Made by a program: the position numbers and the translations under genes. From Vicugna vicugna (taxonomy: Eukaryota): DNA of 64,000 bases. Within the stretch, counting starts at the first letter, position 1; the number at the start of each line of letters is the position of its first letter. Of this stretch, positions 1 through 12,006 are shown one piece after another. The notes beneath the pieces are model-generated. The model saw only the letters and a list, made by a program, of their open reading frames with translations, searched no databases and was not told where the DNA came from. Location of the stretch: contig MU058423.1 of the NCBI GenBank assembly GCA_013265495.1, positions 8,169,627-8,233,626 of the forward strand, in the 5' to 3' direction.

Positions 1-636
1 GGCCGATTGATACAACTACATTATAAAGATTCCTACAAATACTTTCTCAATATGTGAAGCACATCACACATTTATTGAAGCACTTAGCATTAGTAATTAT
101 CACTCTAACAATTTAGGAGCATATGTTTTAAGAAATAAGGAACAGAATTGTTTGTTTTAAAGAAGGCTTTGGGCTGGCAGTGACTCCAGATGACAGGTTT
201 ATACTATTTGGGAAGAGCAGTTCATTGCATGGTAGAGATGGTCCTGAATCACAAGACAGACTTGGCTCCAGGGTAGAAAAGGCTGTTATATTTCAACTCC
301 AAATATCTGCTGAGTACCTACTGTGATCTAATCCCCATGCCAAACTGGTATGCCATAGAAATGTGTCCACACTCTTTTTACAAAATTCTGAAAGTCTAAT
401 AAGGGTGGAGAGATAGCAATTATGACATAATACAGAGTAAAGAAGGGTCTGCATGGAGCCACAAGTGAGGAGCATTCGGGACCCACAGGAAGTAGCAAGA
501 TGACCAAAGAAATTTTCATGAACTGTTTGTTCAACATTCACTTTTCAGCCACAACCACAGTCATGAGCACTGTCTCCTCCTTCACCCCCCAAAGTAAGAA
601 TAAGCTGCAATTACAGGATTAAGTTGGAGATAAATT

Positions 637-655
637 TGGCCCCTAGATGGTGCTG
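637..655 (+). promoter_or_regulatory. CTCF-like motif TGGCCCCTAGATGGTGCTG
   Basis: Close match to the CTCF core consensus CCASYAGRKGGCRS; motif match only. Confidence 0.45.
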
Positions 656-907
656 ACAAGGTGAAAATGATTAGAGGAAATCCACGATGGTTTCCTGGAG
701 GAAGGGTGGGCAAAGAACAAAGTGAGGCGCAGTGGGGCTTGGTGTTCCGCAGAAGAGAGAATGGTTCAGGCGAGCTGGATGTGAACAGGAGATAAGAAAA
801 GGAGGAGGGAAAATGAAACAAAAAGCAACATGGCCAAAACCTAGTTTAAGCTATTTGATTCAGAGATAAGTGGAGATAGAAGAAAGCCATCAGAATGAGC
901 AAAATGG

Positions 908-1234
908 GTGACACAAATGAACTTCTTTACAAAACAGAAAAAGACTCACAGACATAGAAAACATAGAAAACGTACTTATGGTTGCCAAAGGGAAAGTCGG
1001 GGGGAGGATAAATTATGAGTTTGGGATTAACAGATGCACATTACCATAAATAAAACAGATAAACAACGAGGACCTACTGCATAGCACAAAGAATTATATT
1101 CAGTAACTTGTAATGACCTATAATAAAAAATATGAAAAAGAATATGTATCTGTATGTATAACTGAATCACTATGCTGTACATCAGAAGCTAACACAACAT
1201 TGTAAATCAACTATACTTCCATTTAAAAAAAAAA
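908..1234 (+). mobile_element. 5'-truncated cetartiodactyl L1 3' UTR with poly(A) and TSD
   Basis: Diagnostic 'gactcacagacatagaaaac...gggattaacagatgcaca...gacctactgcatagcaca...aaatcaactatacttc' plus A tail; GAGCAAAATGG duplicated at 897-907 and 1236-1246. Confidence 0.9.
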
Positions 1235-2220
1235 GGAGCAAAATGGAAAACTCTTAAGCAACATGATGCTCTCATCCATTAGAAGCAGTTTTCTGAAAGC
1301 TCACTATGTGTAGGACGTAATGCTTCTTGCTAAGACTGCAGGGCAGACAGAAGACAGCCTTTGCACTCAAAGAACATACAGTGCAGTTAGGGATGGAGGA
1401 AGTGCCAAATGAGAGTTATATGAAACGTAAGTGCTTTGGGGCACAGAGGACAAAGCAACCAGAGGACAAGAGGCCAGCAAGAAAGGGTCTATGGTAAAGC
1501 AAGGACGGGGTAGCTGGGGCTCGAGAGAGGGAAGCAGGGATGTGGAACACTTTGCAGTGAAAGTAAGAAAAGAGCAAGTTGGGATTATGTTAAACTGCCA
1601 TAAAGATACTCAAATGAAGCATTATATTCTGTGGTACAAAACATGTTCACACACAAACGCTGAAACCATTTGGGCCCCAGTGACTTTTCCAGGATGTGAA
1701 ATGGCAATTGAGTTCTCAGTGAGTCAAAGAACAGTTCACTGAAGGTCTGCATATGCTAAACAAACAAAAAAATCACTTCCCTTCACTCACGATATTTACC
1801 CTATGATGGCTAAAAGGTGGGTCTCCATTTTAGAGGCTAGAGAATAATGCTTCTAATACAAATGACACCATTAATTAGCAACATCTTCTGTGAAGACATT
1901 TATCTATAAACTGCACATTTCCATGTTTAATTATTCAGAGACGTTGCATTTATACATGACAACTTTCAGAGAGTACCTTATACCTAACATGGTATAAGGA
2001 GTGGCCTTGTCTTTAGAAAATGTGAAATCAATTTCTTTTGTTTAGACGATGCTGTGGAAAATTATTATGCTCACCTGGAAAGTGCTTTATTCATTCAAAT
2101 ATGCATTGTACTTATGTAGTAAATAATTAATTTACTTTGCAATGCAATCCAGATTCAATCAGCTCCCAAATATCTTACTGCCCTCTTTGAAGGACCAAAT
2201 GTATTTCATGCCTTCCATTC

Positions 2221-2271
2221 AAAACATAAATAAATTATCTATAAAAACATAAATAAAATATCTATAAAAAC
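2221..2271. repeat. about 23-bp tandem duplication (aaaacataaataaaWtatctata x2)
   Basis: Directly visible. Confidence 0.8.
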
Positions 2272-2474
2272 TTTCAAACTACTGTTTTAAAAAAAAAAAA
2301 AACAAGTAGCCCGCTGCTTGGCTATCAAGACAGTCATGGCTCTCTGGGCAGAGGAAGTAAGTACTGTCATCCGACCAGCCACAAACCATGACAAGGAAGC
2401 TTTCTGGGGCTGGATGTAGAAAATGCAAATTAAAACCTCGAACTTCGGCCTCACCATGTTCTAATCAACTAGCA

Positions 2475-2690
2475 CTGTTGAGCAACCTGTTTCTGTAAAG
2501 GGTCAAGCAGTGAATATTTTTGGTTTTGTGGGTCCTATGGTCTCTGTCACAACTAAATTATTCTGCTACAGTGCAAAAGTAGCCACAAACAATATAAAAA
2601 TGAAGGGGTGGCTGGATGAGTTCCAATGAAACTTCACTTATGGCAAAGGTGGTGAGTTGCATCTGGCCATAGCCTGACACTTGCACTAGG
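2475..2690. mobile_element. MER58-like hAT-Charlie non-autonomous DNA transposon
   Basis: 'tttctgtaaagggtcaagcagtgaatattt...tggtctctgtcacaact...aaagtagccacaaacaata' resembles the MER58A consensus. Confidence 0.75.
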
Positions 2691-3634
2691 TACTGACATC
2701 AATCAGTAATGGCAGACAAGGCTAAAGAGTTCTCTTTCACAAGGGCTTAGCATCTGGGGAGATTGGCACGCACGGATGGAAACTTTTGCCTAAGCCAAGG
2801 AAGAGCCCTGGGGACTCCACACCAACATACCTGGAAAGCTGAAGAGTTTCAGAGATCAGAGGAGAGGTTTGGTACATAGGATGAAAGATGCATTCATCAT
2901 GAGGTCTAACCAGGGATTGGAAGGAGTCTGAATTTTCATTTCAGGATTCTATCTGTTAAAAGGCATTTGTTCCAACCCCCACACACCCCTTCCTACTTCA
3001 GATCATCCCATATTTTCTCTGACAAAGGTAGTTTTAACGTAAAGAATTCTTCATTCTAGTGTTGCTATGGCAAAGCTTAATTTCCGCTCATAGACTGGGC
3101 TCAACGCCAATACGGGGGGAAGGCTGACACGCTGCATATCTTCCTTTGTTCTTTGTGTACAGTTTAGTTTCTGAATGTTCTACTCTAGAGCATCTGAAAT
3201 GTTTCAATTCCAATTATCTCCACAGGAATGAGGGCTTCCCTCCTCCCTCATTTCATAGTTCCGAGGTGACCACATATTTATTGTGATTGTAAAAGATTTT
3301 TTTGAAAAGAGGGGGAAAAGCTCTCTACAGTAAAAGAGTCCTTGATAAATAATTTCTCCCAGTATTTTCAGTGGCTGCATTTAGTATCCTTTACTCAAAA
3401 GAAATCACATGAAGAGTTCAGGGGACCAATGTAAAGATTCTCATTTAAATTTCAATCTCTCTTCTGAGACCCTGGATTCACTGTCCTAAAAACAGGGTCT
3501 AAGTTTTTCTGAAGTGGCTACTCATCTTGCTCCCCACCACTCCCTCTGCTTCTAACTGTTTCCCCGTCATTTTCTAACCATTTTGTTGAGCAAATCAGTC
3601 CCTCATCAGGAAGGCAGCATCATTTATAATGAAT

Positions 3635-3900
3635 TCTCCTGGAAGGGATGTTGAAACTCTAAGAAAGCACATTAAGACAGAAACAGAGAAGCTACCGGCA
3701 AGGTTACCATTGGTAAAGGACACAGAAGAGCACTGTGTAACAGACACACTTAAGAGTCTGAGACACCTGCCGATGCATGAGGGGAGAGAAACCTCCTATG
3801 TTCTAGTACATCGGAATGATGGCAGGGAAAGCACAAACTCACAAGACTGAATTGGGAAAGATCTGAGATTGTACCTAGATCACAAAGCAATGCTGAAAGG
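3635..3900 (+). mobile_element. possible highly decayed L3/CR1 3' fragment
   Basis: Loose resemblance to the CR1 ORF2 C-terminus/3' end; not confirmed. Confidence 0.3.
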
Positions 3901-4668
3901 TTAACAGATGCCCAAGTGGTCAATTTGGATTAAAACACAACTGTGATGACAGACATTGGATAAGGAAGTCAATAGACTAGGGCTAATTAAAGTGACTGGC
4001 ACAGAAGGGCTGAATCTTAAAATCCTTTTCTACTCACACGAGATCATATATATGTAATATTTATACATATAACATATTTTGTAACATATATTTTATATAT
4101 ATACAAATGTAATTATGCATACGTATATATACACATTAAATATAATGCTTACACTGTGTTTTTTTTTTAAAACGTACACTGTTTTAGAATCGACTAAAGA
4201 ATTATCCCAAATTATTAACAATATCTAGGAGAGACTTTTATCACTATATATTTCTCTGTATTTCCAAATGTTCCTTAGTAAGTAAATATAACTTTTTATA
4301 AATAAAAAATTAACAGTAGCAAAAATCCGCTCCTTCATTTCTTTTCTTAAAAAATAAAGACAAGCTCTCAAGAATGCCTCCTGAGACATCTGCTGAGGAA
4401 AGCCCATCAGCAGAGAACTGCAGACGGGCGCCAAAGCTTAATCCTGGGCCCACTTCATGCCTTAGAAGAAGGAAGGAAAGGTGGAATGGAGGTTATAGAA
4501 TACGGCAAAGGGCCTAAAATGAAGGAGGGATTAAAAAGCAGGTGGAGTAAGTGAAGGAGGAGTACGGGAAGACAGGGATGGCTCGCAGACTCTGAGGAGG
4601 GCTGGACTGGCGACAAAGTTCCACCGAAGTTGTGAGGCGGGGTGGGGTGGGGCAGGGCCAGGGGTGGA

Positions 4669-5192
4669 NNNNNNNNNNNNNNNNNNNNNNNNNNNNNNNN
4701 NNNNNNNNNNNNNNNNNNNNNNNNNNNNNNNNNNNNNNNNNNNNNNNNNNNNNNNNNNNNNNNNNNNNNNNNNNNNNNNNNNNNNNNNNNNNNNNNNNNN
4801 NNNNNNNNNNNNNNNNNNNNNNNNNNNNNNNNNNNNNNNNNNNNNNNNNNNNNNNNNNNNNNNNNNNNNNNNNNNNNNNNNNNNNNNNNNNNNNNNNNNN
4901 NNNNNNNNNNNNNNNNNNNNNNNNNNNNNNNNNNNNNNNNNNNNNNNNNNNNNNNNNNNNNNNNNNNNNNNNNNNNNNNNNNNNNNNNNNNNNNNNNNNN
5001 NNNNNNNNNNNNNNNNNNNNNNNNNNNNNNNNNNNNNNNNNNNNNNNNNNNNNNNNNNNNNNNNNNNNNNNNNNNNNNNNNNNNNNNNNNNNNNNNNNNN
5101 NNNNNNNNNNNNNNNNNNNNNNNNNNNNNNNNNNNNNNNNNNNNNNNNNNNNNNNNNNNNNNNNNNNNNNNNNNNNNNNNNNNNNNNNNNNN
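4669..5192. other. assembly gap (524 N)
   Basis: Run of N. Confidence 1.
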
Positions 5193-5268
5193 GGTGTTCA
5201 GCTCAGTGGTAGAGTACGTACTTAGCATGCACGAGGTGCTGGGTTCAATACCCTGTGCCCCCATTTAA

Positions 5269-5324
<56 letters not shown>

Positions 5325-5362
5325 CCTAATTATGTCCCTGCCCCCAAAATATTTTTTAAAAA
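5193..5362 (+). mobile_element. camelid tRNA-Ala-derived SINE (Vic-1 type) with (AAT)n expansion
   Basis: A-box region 'gctcagtggtagag', 'cttagcatgcacgagg', B-box 'gggttcaatacc', then (AAT)n and 'aaacctaatta...ccccc' tail; 5' end lies at the gap. Confidence 0.9.
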
Positions 5363-5779
5363 GTGAGGCAAGGAAGATGTGTCTTTAGGCTGCACATTCC
5401 TGCTCCTAACTCTGCTCTCCCTCCCCACTCCCCAACCCAGGGTTCTTCCCTCTCATCCAGTGTCTCAGATTCTCTCCTGACTTACCACCTCAAAAGATCT
5501 GATGCACTTTTCAGAATGAGTTTGAATCCTACGGGTTAACCCCATCTAATGATATTTGCATGCTGACCAGAGGAAAACCCCAGATGTGATTAAAACAAAA
5601 AGAATGAAGACAGCGGTGAGGACAGTCATATTTAAAAAGAAGGAAGAACTGGGTGAAGGAAGTATCTGGAGTGGCAGAGGGGGCCTTCTAGGAGAACTAG
5701 TTTCCTCCCCTCATCTACACACGTCCAGTAGAGTAATGTCGTGCATACACCACAGCTCATGCACCCGACCCTCCTCTTC

Positions 5780-5960
5780 CTGGCAGAGGAAACTTGGATA
5801 AGTCCTTAAGTTCATTTGCCTCAGTTTAATCATCCATAGAATGGGTAACAATAGTGGGTTCCTCATCAATCTGACTGTGGGGATTAAATGAACTAATCCA
5901 TATAAAGAATTTAGGGCCTACCACATAGCACACAGACAGTAAATGTTAGCAATAATTATT
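5780..5960 (+). mobile_element. MIR SINE
   Basis: 'cttggataagtccttaag...gcctcagttt...catccatagaatggg...ggattaaatga...taaatgttagc'. Confidence 0.75.
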
Positions 5961-6489
5961 GCCACAATGTACTCACATTTTTTGTGACCCAAGGGACATG
6001 AGAATCCTTGAGAGTAGAACTCACTTCTGGGTTATCTTTTAGCCTAGTTGAAATTAGAGGGGTCTACAAACATTGATTAAGTCAATATACTGATGAAGTC
6101 AGGTATTGCATAAAAGAAAACTAAAATATGCATCCAAACACATCTCCCTAGACTCCCAGAAACCTAAGGAAAACCCAGTGCCACTCCCTTCGGGAAGTCT
6201 TCCCTGATGTGCATAGCCAGAGCCATGAGCTGTGATGAGGATCCCACTTACATGCTGAACTTTTCCCTTGTCATCAGTTATTGAAAATTTTTGTTAGATT
6301 CTCTTTCTCATCACCAGAGAAAGCTTCTTGAGATCAGCAACCATGTTCTTTATCACTAAATTTCATCATTGTTTTCTTCCTAATTCCTTATACAATATTG
6401 GTACATGGAGATGCTCAATAAACACTTTGGAAGGAATAAAAATAATATTATTTCTTTTATTAAGTGAAGTCCTGAATTGTACACAGTAT

Positions 6490-6630
6490 TCATTTAATCC
6501 TCATGGCTAGTGATAGTTTTATTAACCTCATTTTATATATCAAAAATAAAATGAGCCTCAGAAAGGAAAATGATCCTGAGTTCACACAGACATAAGATGC
6601 AAACTCAGGTCTGTCTGGCTCAGAACTATG
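6490..6630 (-). mobile_element. MIR fragment
   Basis: 'catttaatcctca...ctcattttat...caaactcaggtctgtctggctc'. Confidence 0.65.
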
Positions 6631-7377
6631 TTATACAAACTCCTCTCTAAAGAGTTAGCTCCAGGCTCACACACAGAAAACTAGAGGAAGAAGCAGTGTT
6701 CTTGCACAAATGTGTACAAGCTCTATTATTATTTATATTTCCCAAACCTAACTTTGTATTTTAATTAAATAGTAGAGTTGGTGGATCTGTTCTGTGTAAG
6801 TCTTATTGTTGAGGACTTCTGAGGAAAGAAAAGAGGTCAGCATATTTTAGCAGTTCTGTTTTGAGCAATGTGCATCACAAAGGGGAAAAAATCAATAAAG
6901 AAAAACTCTGCATTAGGAAAGAAACATCAGGCTAATGGAAAATCAGAATGTTTTAAGCAGAAACCAGACAAAACTGGATCTGCTTGTGCCTTTCCACAGT
7001 TAAATTCTTCAAAATGTATGTGACAAAATTCAAGGGGAAATTATATATATGGGTTTGGGTGAGAGAGAGAACAGATTTAAACCATTTCCTGTAAATCTGA
7101 GTTGGTACCCAAGAACTTCAGTTTTCACCTTTTAACCAGTAGTGTCTGTGTGTGCTGTGAGAGCGCACATGTGGCCAGCCAGGAGGAAATAGCTCTCAGC
7201 TTGCAGAAAAGCTCCAGGAGCAAGGTACCAGAGAACTGACATGATCAGGATGACACCCAAGAAAAGCCACAGTCATCTGGGAGCGCTTGAAGCATCCCAG
7301 GAAGGTGACAGGCCGCTGAACTAGTCAGAACGCTGATTTCATTCTGATCGCTGTAATGACACTCTATCCCATTACGT

Positions 7378-7497
7378 GGTGTGTGTGATATGACTGCATG
7401 TGTGATTTTGTGTGCGATGTGGTATGTGTGAGAGAGAGTGTGTCTATGTGTGTGATGTGGTATATATGTGGTTGTGATTTGCGATTGGGTGTGTGTA
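7378..7497. repeat. degenerate (TG)n low-complexity tract
   Basis: Directly visible. Confidence 0.8.
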
Positions 7498-7719
7498 AAT
7501 ACAATGAGAATCTATGTCAGGGATAGAAAGCAGCTACCCCTCTGCTCAGCTAAGGGAACAGACTGCAGCAAAAGGCCAACAATGACCAGCAGTGCACTAA
7601 CAAGCAAGACAGGGCAGAGGCTGGGAGCAGGGGAGGGTCCCACAGCCAAAGGATAGAGCACTTTTCTGCAGAAAACACAGCTAGATCTCAGTTCAGGAGA
7701 AAACCGGTCCTTACGTAAA

Positions 7720-8330
7720 TCATAGCAAAATTCGCTATTGGCCTTTACCTATCAGTTTGGCAACAGCTAAAAAGATTGATCATATCCAGTTTGAGCAAAA
7801 GTGTGGGAGAAGAAACACTTTTGTACACATCTGATCAGAATATATTTAGTGCATTTCTGAAGGGCCACTGGCAACACACACTAGAATATAAATCATCCAT
7901 AATGTTTGACCCCACAATTCCATTTGGGGGCATTTATCATAGGAAATGAAAGGATAAGTTTAGAAAGATGTATGTACAAAGATGTTCCTTGCAGCACCAT
8001 ATATAACAGGGCAATGCCCATCACTGAAGAAATGAACAGTAATACTGCTGCTTTAAGAAAGAGCTGCAGGTCTACAGATAAGGACCCAGAGAGATGCCCA
8101 CTAGACAGTGTTAAGGTAAAAGATTCCATGACAAAACCAAAAGTGTTGTAGGTTTTCATTTCAGGAAAACAAAATTGTGTTCACATTGATAGAAAATATT
8201 TGGAATAATTTATGACAAAATATTAACAATGAGCTATGTCTGGAGGTGATGACATTGGGAAAAGGGGAGAAGATTTCACCTTCTACTTTATACATAATTT
8301 TTTCCCCAAAGAGTATACATTATTTATACA
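7720..8330 (+). mobile_element. old L1M (L1ME/MD-like) ORF2 end/3' UTR
   Basis: 'tttgaccccacaattccatttgggg...atgtacaaagatgttccttgcagca' are typical L1 3' motifs. Confidence 0.7.
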
Positions 8331-9150
8331 TTTGGGAGAAAATAGCTTTCAGGATGTTGGCATTTAAGAAGGAAGAAAGGGAGATAGTTTTAATATGCAG
8401 GTAGAGCAGATTCAGTTTATGTCTCTCCATTTCAGATTTGAGTCCATGGCCAGATACCCAGACTATGTAAAAAAACTGGAAGTTTGGTTCCCTAGATATT
8501 CGAATCTGTTTTCACACTGATTCATAGCCCAGTATTTCCTGTGCAGCCTGTGCATCTGAAGCCATCTCAGCAAAACAGAGCTGCCACTAGCAGACAAGGA
8601 GGGAAAAAGTCCTTTCCTGAGAGCCTAGCCAGTGCTTGCTGACAGCTAGGGAGAAAAGAAAAGCTTTGACTGTTTAGGACCGTGCATAGATGGTTAAATT
8701 TGCTTGGATAGGAAAAATGAAAGCGAGGGCTAAATACGCTCTTATAACAAAATCACCAAAACGCATTAAGAATGCATGCTATTCAGCACACAGACGTACA
8801 GACCACCTTTTTATATTTGGCAATAATGTTTAGATTTCAAAGTGCGTGGTAGAATAATGAAACAATATCCTACTTTCAACAATGCTGTAGCTCCTGCCGG
8901 CTGTTTGGGGCTTTGCTTTCTGCCTGTGACTTGCTGAAACAGTCCATCATTCTCATAGCCTGTCTTGTTTCCACAAAGTACACGGCCATACCTCTCTGTG
9001 GGAGCAGACAGCTTTGATTACAAGGCAAAAGACACGTTCCACCTTACAAACCGTAAAAATCTTCATTTTGTGTCACATTTTTCCAAAACTCATTATAAAT
9101 TTAATATTTTTTTCTTGGCCTAACAATTTTCCAAGTTTTTAAAAAATATA

Positions 9151-9286
9151 TTTTTTTTAGTTTTGTTTGGAGGGGGAGGTAAGTAGGCATATTAATTTGC
9201 TTACTTGTTTAATGGAGGTGCTGGAGATCGAACCCAGGAGCTCGTGCATGCTGAGCACGCACTCTGCCGCTGATCTATACCCTCCC
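9151..9286 (-). mobile_element. camelid tRNA-derived SINE (Vic-1 type)
   Basis: Reverse complement reads gggagggtatagatcagcggcagagtgcgtgctcagcatgcacgagctcctgggttcgatctccagcacctccatt plus tail. Confidence 0.9.
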
Positions 9287-11730
9287 TGCCTCAGGTGTTT
9301 TTTGTTTTCATTTTTTATTGATCTTTAATCACTGTGAGTTCCTTAAACATTTTTTCTTTCTCTGTGCTCTCCTCTCTACCACCACCATCTATTTCCTTGT
9401 GATCTACAAATAAAGTCCTAAGTATATTAGATTCATTCCATTTAAAAGAACTTTTAGAGAAAAGCCTTTTAGAAATCATGGAATTATACAGGCTAACGCT
9501 ATAACTTAACTGTTCTGTGAATTCCCCATTTTGAGTGTGAATTCTTTTTTAAGTGGTTACGTCTATGTTTTTCTTTTCTTCCTTGTTTAACTATAAAAAA
9601 CTAAGTAAAGAAAGAAAAGGAATATCTTGAGACAATTTGCAAGTTAATGGCAGTTGAATCAGGAGCACTAATTCTGTCACAACCAAGGCATGTTCACTAT
9701 TAATCCATAGGAAAAAAAATCCTGAAAATAGACCTTTCTGTGAAGGAAAACATGGATCAGTTGCTGGTGCTAATTTCTCTGAGAAGACTATCAGTCAGTT
9801 CTACCTGGCATATAGCCTTTCCTGGGCAACACCGAAGACTTTTTCAATCTTCCTGGCATCAACACTTTGGCAGTAACCTGAAGGAGGACATGAGGAAGCA
9901 GTAAAGTAAAAGTAAATAACTATGACCTCATACACAGAGCCTGGAATGAAAGGAAAACCGCCAGAAACGCAGTCCATACGGTCATTTTTCTTTGAACGTG
10001 CTCAGATGACAACAGGAGGATACGCGGGGCACATACAGACGGGCAAAGGCAAACACAAGACAATATACATTGCAAATGATTCTGAATTAGGTCCAGCTCG
10101 GCGACTTTGATTGCTGAACGACCTTGTATGTGGCAGGCAGCCGCTTTCAGCATGGGTCTCCCTCAGTTCCTTGGAGTCTTATTTTAGAAAATTCAAACAC
10201 TAAAGAGGTTTAAGAACTGGAGTCTGCCTTCACCTCTTCTACGTTGCTAGCCCCGTGCCAGAGGACTGCTAATATTTTGATGAGTATCTTTTAGATCCTT
10301 TTTCTGCATCACCATGTAAATACAAATATGGAGAAAACGTTTGTCTTCCTATTGTATTAATAGCCTCATACAGCTCTGGTGGTGGTGGTACATGGCCTTG
10401 TTCTTGCCTGCTATTGGCTCCTCTCCCTGCACGTATAGCACACATTGCTGCCTGCTGCTGTATGAGTTGCAGGATCTTCCAGCAGGTACATCTGAGACCG
10501 TGGAAATTTGCATATGCAGTTGGAACTCCCCATCTGGATCTCAGAGAAGCCTGAAATGTGAAGTGAAAATTCAGGAATTGTCCTATGAATGATGCTGCTG
10601 TTCTCTGAATGAGGGACCTATGGAGAAGGGCCAGTGTTCTGTTTACCACGGCTGCATCATTACCCTCAAAACTTACTGCCTTAAAACAGCGGCCAAATTT
10701 AATGGCTTCCCACGTGGTTATGGGATTCGCCTAGGCCTTTCCCCGTGGGCTTCCTCACATGGCCGCAGGCAGAGGACAGCTCATTCGCTCATGGACCCGG
10801 TACCATGGCTGGGAAGAATGGAACATCTGGGGCTCCTCTGATATCTTTCTCTATCTCCCAGATGACAATGTGCAACAGGCCTGGAGAAACAAAGACTGGA
10901 GCAGAAGTATCTGTGCACCAGAAGGGAGTTTGCGGCTGGTGGGGGTGGAGGCAGCTGACAGATGATCAGACATGTTCAACTATTTCAGAAAAGCTTCTTA
11001 AACATGTACAGCAGCTCTAGTAGAGCATTTAGAAAAACTAAGTGGGTATGTAGGAGATTACGGGATTGAAAACCCATTAGGCAGTTTTTAATTCCAAGAA
11101 AAGTTTTTTTAAAGCAAGAAGGAAAATGTAATCATAATATAATAGTAGATTATTCAGTAAAATATATTTACTTACATCATCATAATAATGTAAAGACTGA
11201 ATTTTGACTTCACTTAAATTGTAGTCTTATTTATAGTGTAAAAAAGAAGGGAAGAAATTTGGAGGGTGATGGAGAGGCAAGCCCTCTACTATCTTAAGGA
11301 GAAGAAAATAGAAAATGTCTAAAACTTAGGAATCAAATAATAACGTTATATTAAAGTTAACACCAGAACAGAAAGCAAAGAGTGTTTCACTCAGGTGGAA
11401 AGGGGTAGGGCAGAAGACCATCATTTATCATTATTTTATAACTATGTGCATGTATTGTATTGTTTTGACAATATTTTTAAAGTAAGAGTAAACAATTTTT
11501 AAGTTGAAAACCAAAAAGCTGAAATTGTAAATGATTTTTTTAAAAATTTATAATTGGAAATGTCTAGCTCAGTTTTATGCTTCAGCTCAGGAGTTTGGAA
11601 AAATGCCAAACACACTGAGCAAAAATGAGTTTTAATGTCTGCTTTTGTCCATGGCAGGAGGTACAGGCTCAAACAGATCACCATGAAGGCATCCCTGTGC
11701 TTGGGGAAGAACCATTCACTGAGGGCTTTT

Positions 11731-12006
11731 TGTTTTATGTTTATTTTTATACTTTGGTTATGGCTTTCTTAGCCATATACAGTTATATATTTCTCTTTTT
11801 AAATTTTTTTTATTAAAGTATAGTTGATTTATAATGTTATGTTAGTTTCTGGTGTATAGCATAGTGATTCAGTTATACATACATATATATATATATTCCT
11901 GTTCATATTCTTTTTCACTCTAGATTATGACAAGGTGTTGAATATAGTGCCCTGTGCTATACAGTAGGACCTTGTTGTTTATCTATTTTATACACAGTAG
12001 TCAGTT
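11731..12006 (-). mobile_element. cetartiodactyl L1 3' end with extra 3' segment, TSD-flanked
   Basis: 'aagtatagttgatttataatgttatgttagtttctggtgtatagcatagtgattcag'; TGAGGGCTTTT at 11720-11730 and 12007-12017. Confidence 0.9.

Noticed and set aside
5193..5265. tRNA-Ala(TGC)-like sequence
   Set aside because: The acceptor and T stems look degenerate, it is followed by the SINE tail, and two further diverged copies occur in the window: a SINE, not a tRNA gene
4455..5268. Long ORFs of 182-269 aa in the ORF track
   Set aside because: Artefacts of translating through the N gap
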